From Mobula hypostoma (lineage: Eukaryota), in contig NC_086097.1 of NCBI RefSeq assembly GCF_963921235.1, forward strand, positions 248,994,001-249,058,000: a stretch of DNA of 64,000 nucleotides, in the 5' to 3' direction. The position numbers were made by a program, and so were the translations under genes. Shown here piece after piece: positions 62,258 through 64,000 of this stretch. The notes beneath the pieces were generated by a model, which was given only the letters and a program-made list of their open reading frames with translations, made no database searches and had not been told where the DNA came from. Positions within the stretch are counted from its first letter, which is position 1, and the number at the start of each line of letters is the position of its first letter.

Positions 62258-62539
62258 CAAGCAGTCCATGAGCAGGGTGAGTGGGATCCTTCATGATATT
62301 ACTGGCCCTTTTCTGGCATCTTTCTGGATATATATCCTTGATGGATGGTAGGCGGGTGCCAGTGATGCATTGAACAGTTTTGACTACCCATTGCCTTCCA
62401 TGGTGCAGTTCCTGTACCGTGCAGTGATGCAGCTTGTTCAGATGCTCTCTACTGCACATCTGTAGAATTACGTGAGTATGGATGTGTATGACAAAGAAAC
62501 CATAATCAACTGTGTTACCAAATGACAATAACCTTGGAC

Positions 62540-63285
62540 AGTTTAGGGATAGCCAGCATGGCTTTGTGCTTGGCCGGTCGTGTCTAAACTATCTTATAGA
62601 GTTTTTTGAGGAAGATACCAGGAACCCTGATGAAGACAAGGCAGTGGATGTTGTCTACATGGACTTTTGCAAAGCCTTTGACAAGGTCTTGCATGGAAGT
62701 GGGATCTGGACCAGCTGGGAAAATGGGCTGAAAAATGGCAGATAGAATTTAATGCAGATAAGTGCAAGGTGTTGCATTTTGGTAAGACCAACCAGGGTAG
62801 GTCTTACACAGTGAATGGTAGGGCACTGAGGAGTGTGGTAGAGCAAAAGGACCTGGGGATACAGGTCCGTAATTCATTGAAAGTAGCATCACAGGCAGAT
62901 AGGATTGTAAGGAAAGCTTTTGGCACATTGGTCTTCATAAGTCAATGTACTGAGTACAGAAGTTGGGGTGTTATGTTGAAGTTTTATAAGACATTGGTGA
63001 GGCCTAATTTGGAGTATTGTGTGTGGCTTTGGTCATCTGCCTACAGGAAAAATGTAAACAAGGTTGAAAGAGTACAAAAAAAAATTACAAGGATGTTCTG
63101 TGTTCTTTGAGAGATTGAATAGGCTGAGACTTCAGAAAGTTGAACTAACTGATTAATTAATGGACAGTAGGGATTGGAGGGCCATGATCCTGGTGCAGAT
63201 CGATGGGAGTTTAAATGGTTCAGCACTGTCTAGATGGGCTGAAGAGTCTGTTTCTGTGCTGTACTTTCTTTAACTCTATGACTCT
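62540..63285 (+). mobile_element. CR1 fragment with internal deletions
   Basis: ORFs 62512..62745 (QHGF, YMDFCKAFDKV) and 62769..63110. Confidence 0.8.
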
Positions 63286-63522
63286 AAGCTGTTCAGACCA
63301 TTCAATAGTCTTGCTGTGGTGGGGTAGAAGCTGCCTTTGAGTGCTTTCAGGCTTTTGTATCTTCGGCCCGATGGGAAAGGGGAGAAGGGAGAATGTCTGG
63401 GATGGGTAGGGTCTTTGATTTTGCTGGCTGTTTTTTTCCTGCACTTTGGGTGCTTGACGATCTTTTTTTTAATGTGTTCTATTAGGTTTCTTTGTTTTGT
63501 GGCTGCCTTTAAGAAGACAAAT

Positions 63523-64000
63523 ATCTTCTTTTTCAATATTTTTATTGATTTCTTACATGAAAGAATACAGAGTACAGTAAGATATATATCGATTACAATA
63601 CATTGGAATCACAAATATAGGTTCATTACCCCATATCCATATACATTAAATTAAAACATAATATTGAAAAGATATACTTTGTTATACAAAAAATATCTAA
63701 ACCCATTACCAGAAAGAAAACAGCTGTTGGGTTAAAAAAAAAAGAAAAAGCCTTATCATATAATAAAACATATTGTTACCCAATATCTGTGCTTAATAGC
63801 AAATCAAAGACTTTGAAAATAATTCAAAAAAGGTCCCCACAATGTTAAAAAATCTTGTCTAGGTTCAGAAATTGAACAACGAATCTTCTCTAAATTTAAA
63901 CATGACATAACAAGAGTATGAGTAGGTGGAGAGGCATCCTCCACTTAAGCAACAATGCCCTCCTGGCTATAAGGGAAATAAAGGCCAATCTATGCAAATC
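63523..64000 (-). mobile_element. L1-clade LINE 3' end
   Basis: Minus strand LAFISLIARRALLLKW and CLNLEKIRCS..LWGPFLNYF (L1 ORF2 C-terminus); AATAAA/A-rich end near 63525-63547. Confidence 0.75.

Noticed and set aside
1..64000. CRISPR array, rRNA or prokaryotic operons
   Set aside because: No repeat-spacer periodicity or rRNA motifs; the window is eukaryotic intron-rich DNA.

Overview
Vertebrate genomic DNA, most likely from a cartilaginous fish (shark/ray; inferred from HE1-like V-SINEs and the CR1, Rex1 and Penelope landscape). The window lies inside one + strand host gene, a multiplexin collagen (COL15A1-like, with COL18A1-like exon architecture). I read 12 short phase-0 Gly-X-Y exons (864 nt, 288 aa, about 1.4% of the window) between 5541 and 59794; neither gene end is present, and the ORF track mostly misses these exons. 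The introns are nested transposon debris: many CR1 LINEs (some very young), Rex1/Babar LINEs, Penelope-like elements (PLE), V- and CORE-type tRNA SINEs, Tc1 remnants, a Chapaev3-type DNA transposon, a candidate solo LTR and an L1 3' end. Main observations: (i) a minimal hammerhead-ribozyme motif in about 9 PLE copies; (ii) a young CR1 inserted in reverse into its near-twin, giving a 2.5 kb A-B-A'-B' interlocked inverted repeat; (iii) long inverted CR1 pairs bracketing blocks of in-frame exons; (iv) a CR1 with a ZnF/esterase ORF1 fused to the RT 3' end; (v) an orphan polyadenylated insert. Repeat boundaries are approximate, family names come from motif recognition, and no searches were run.
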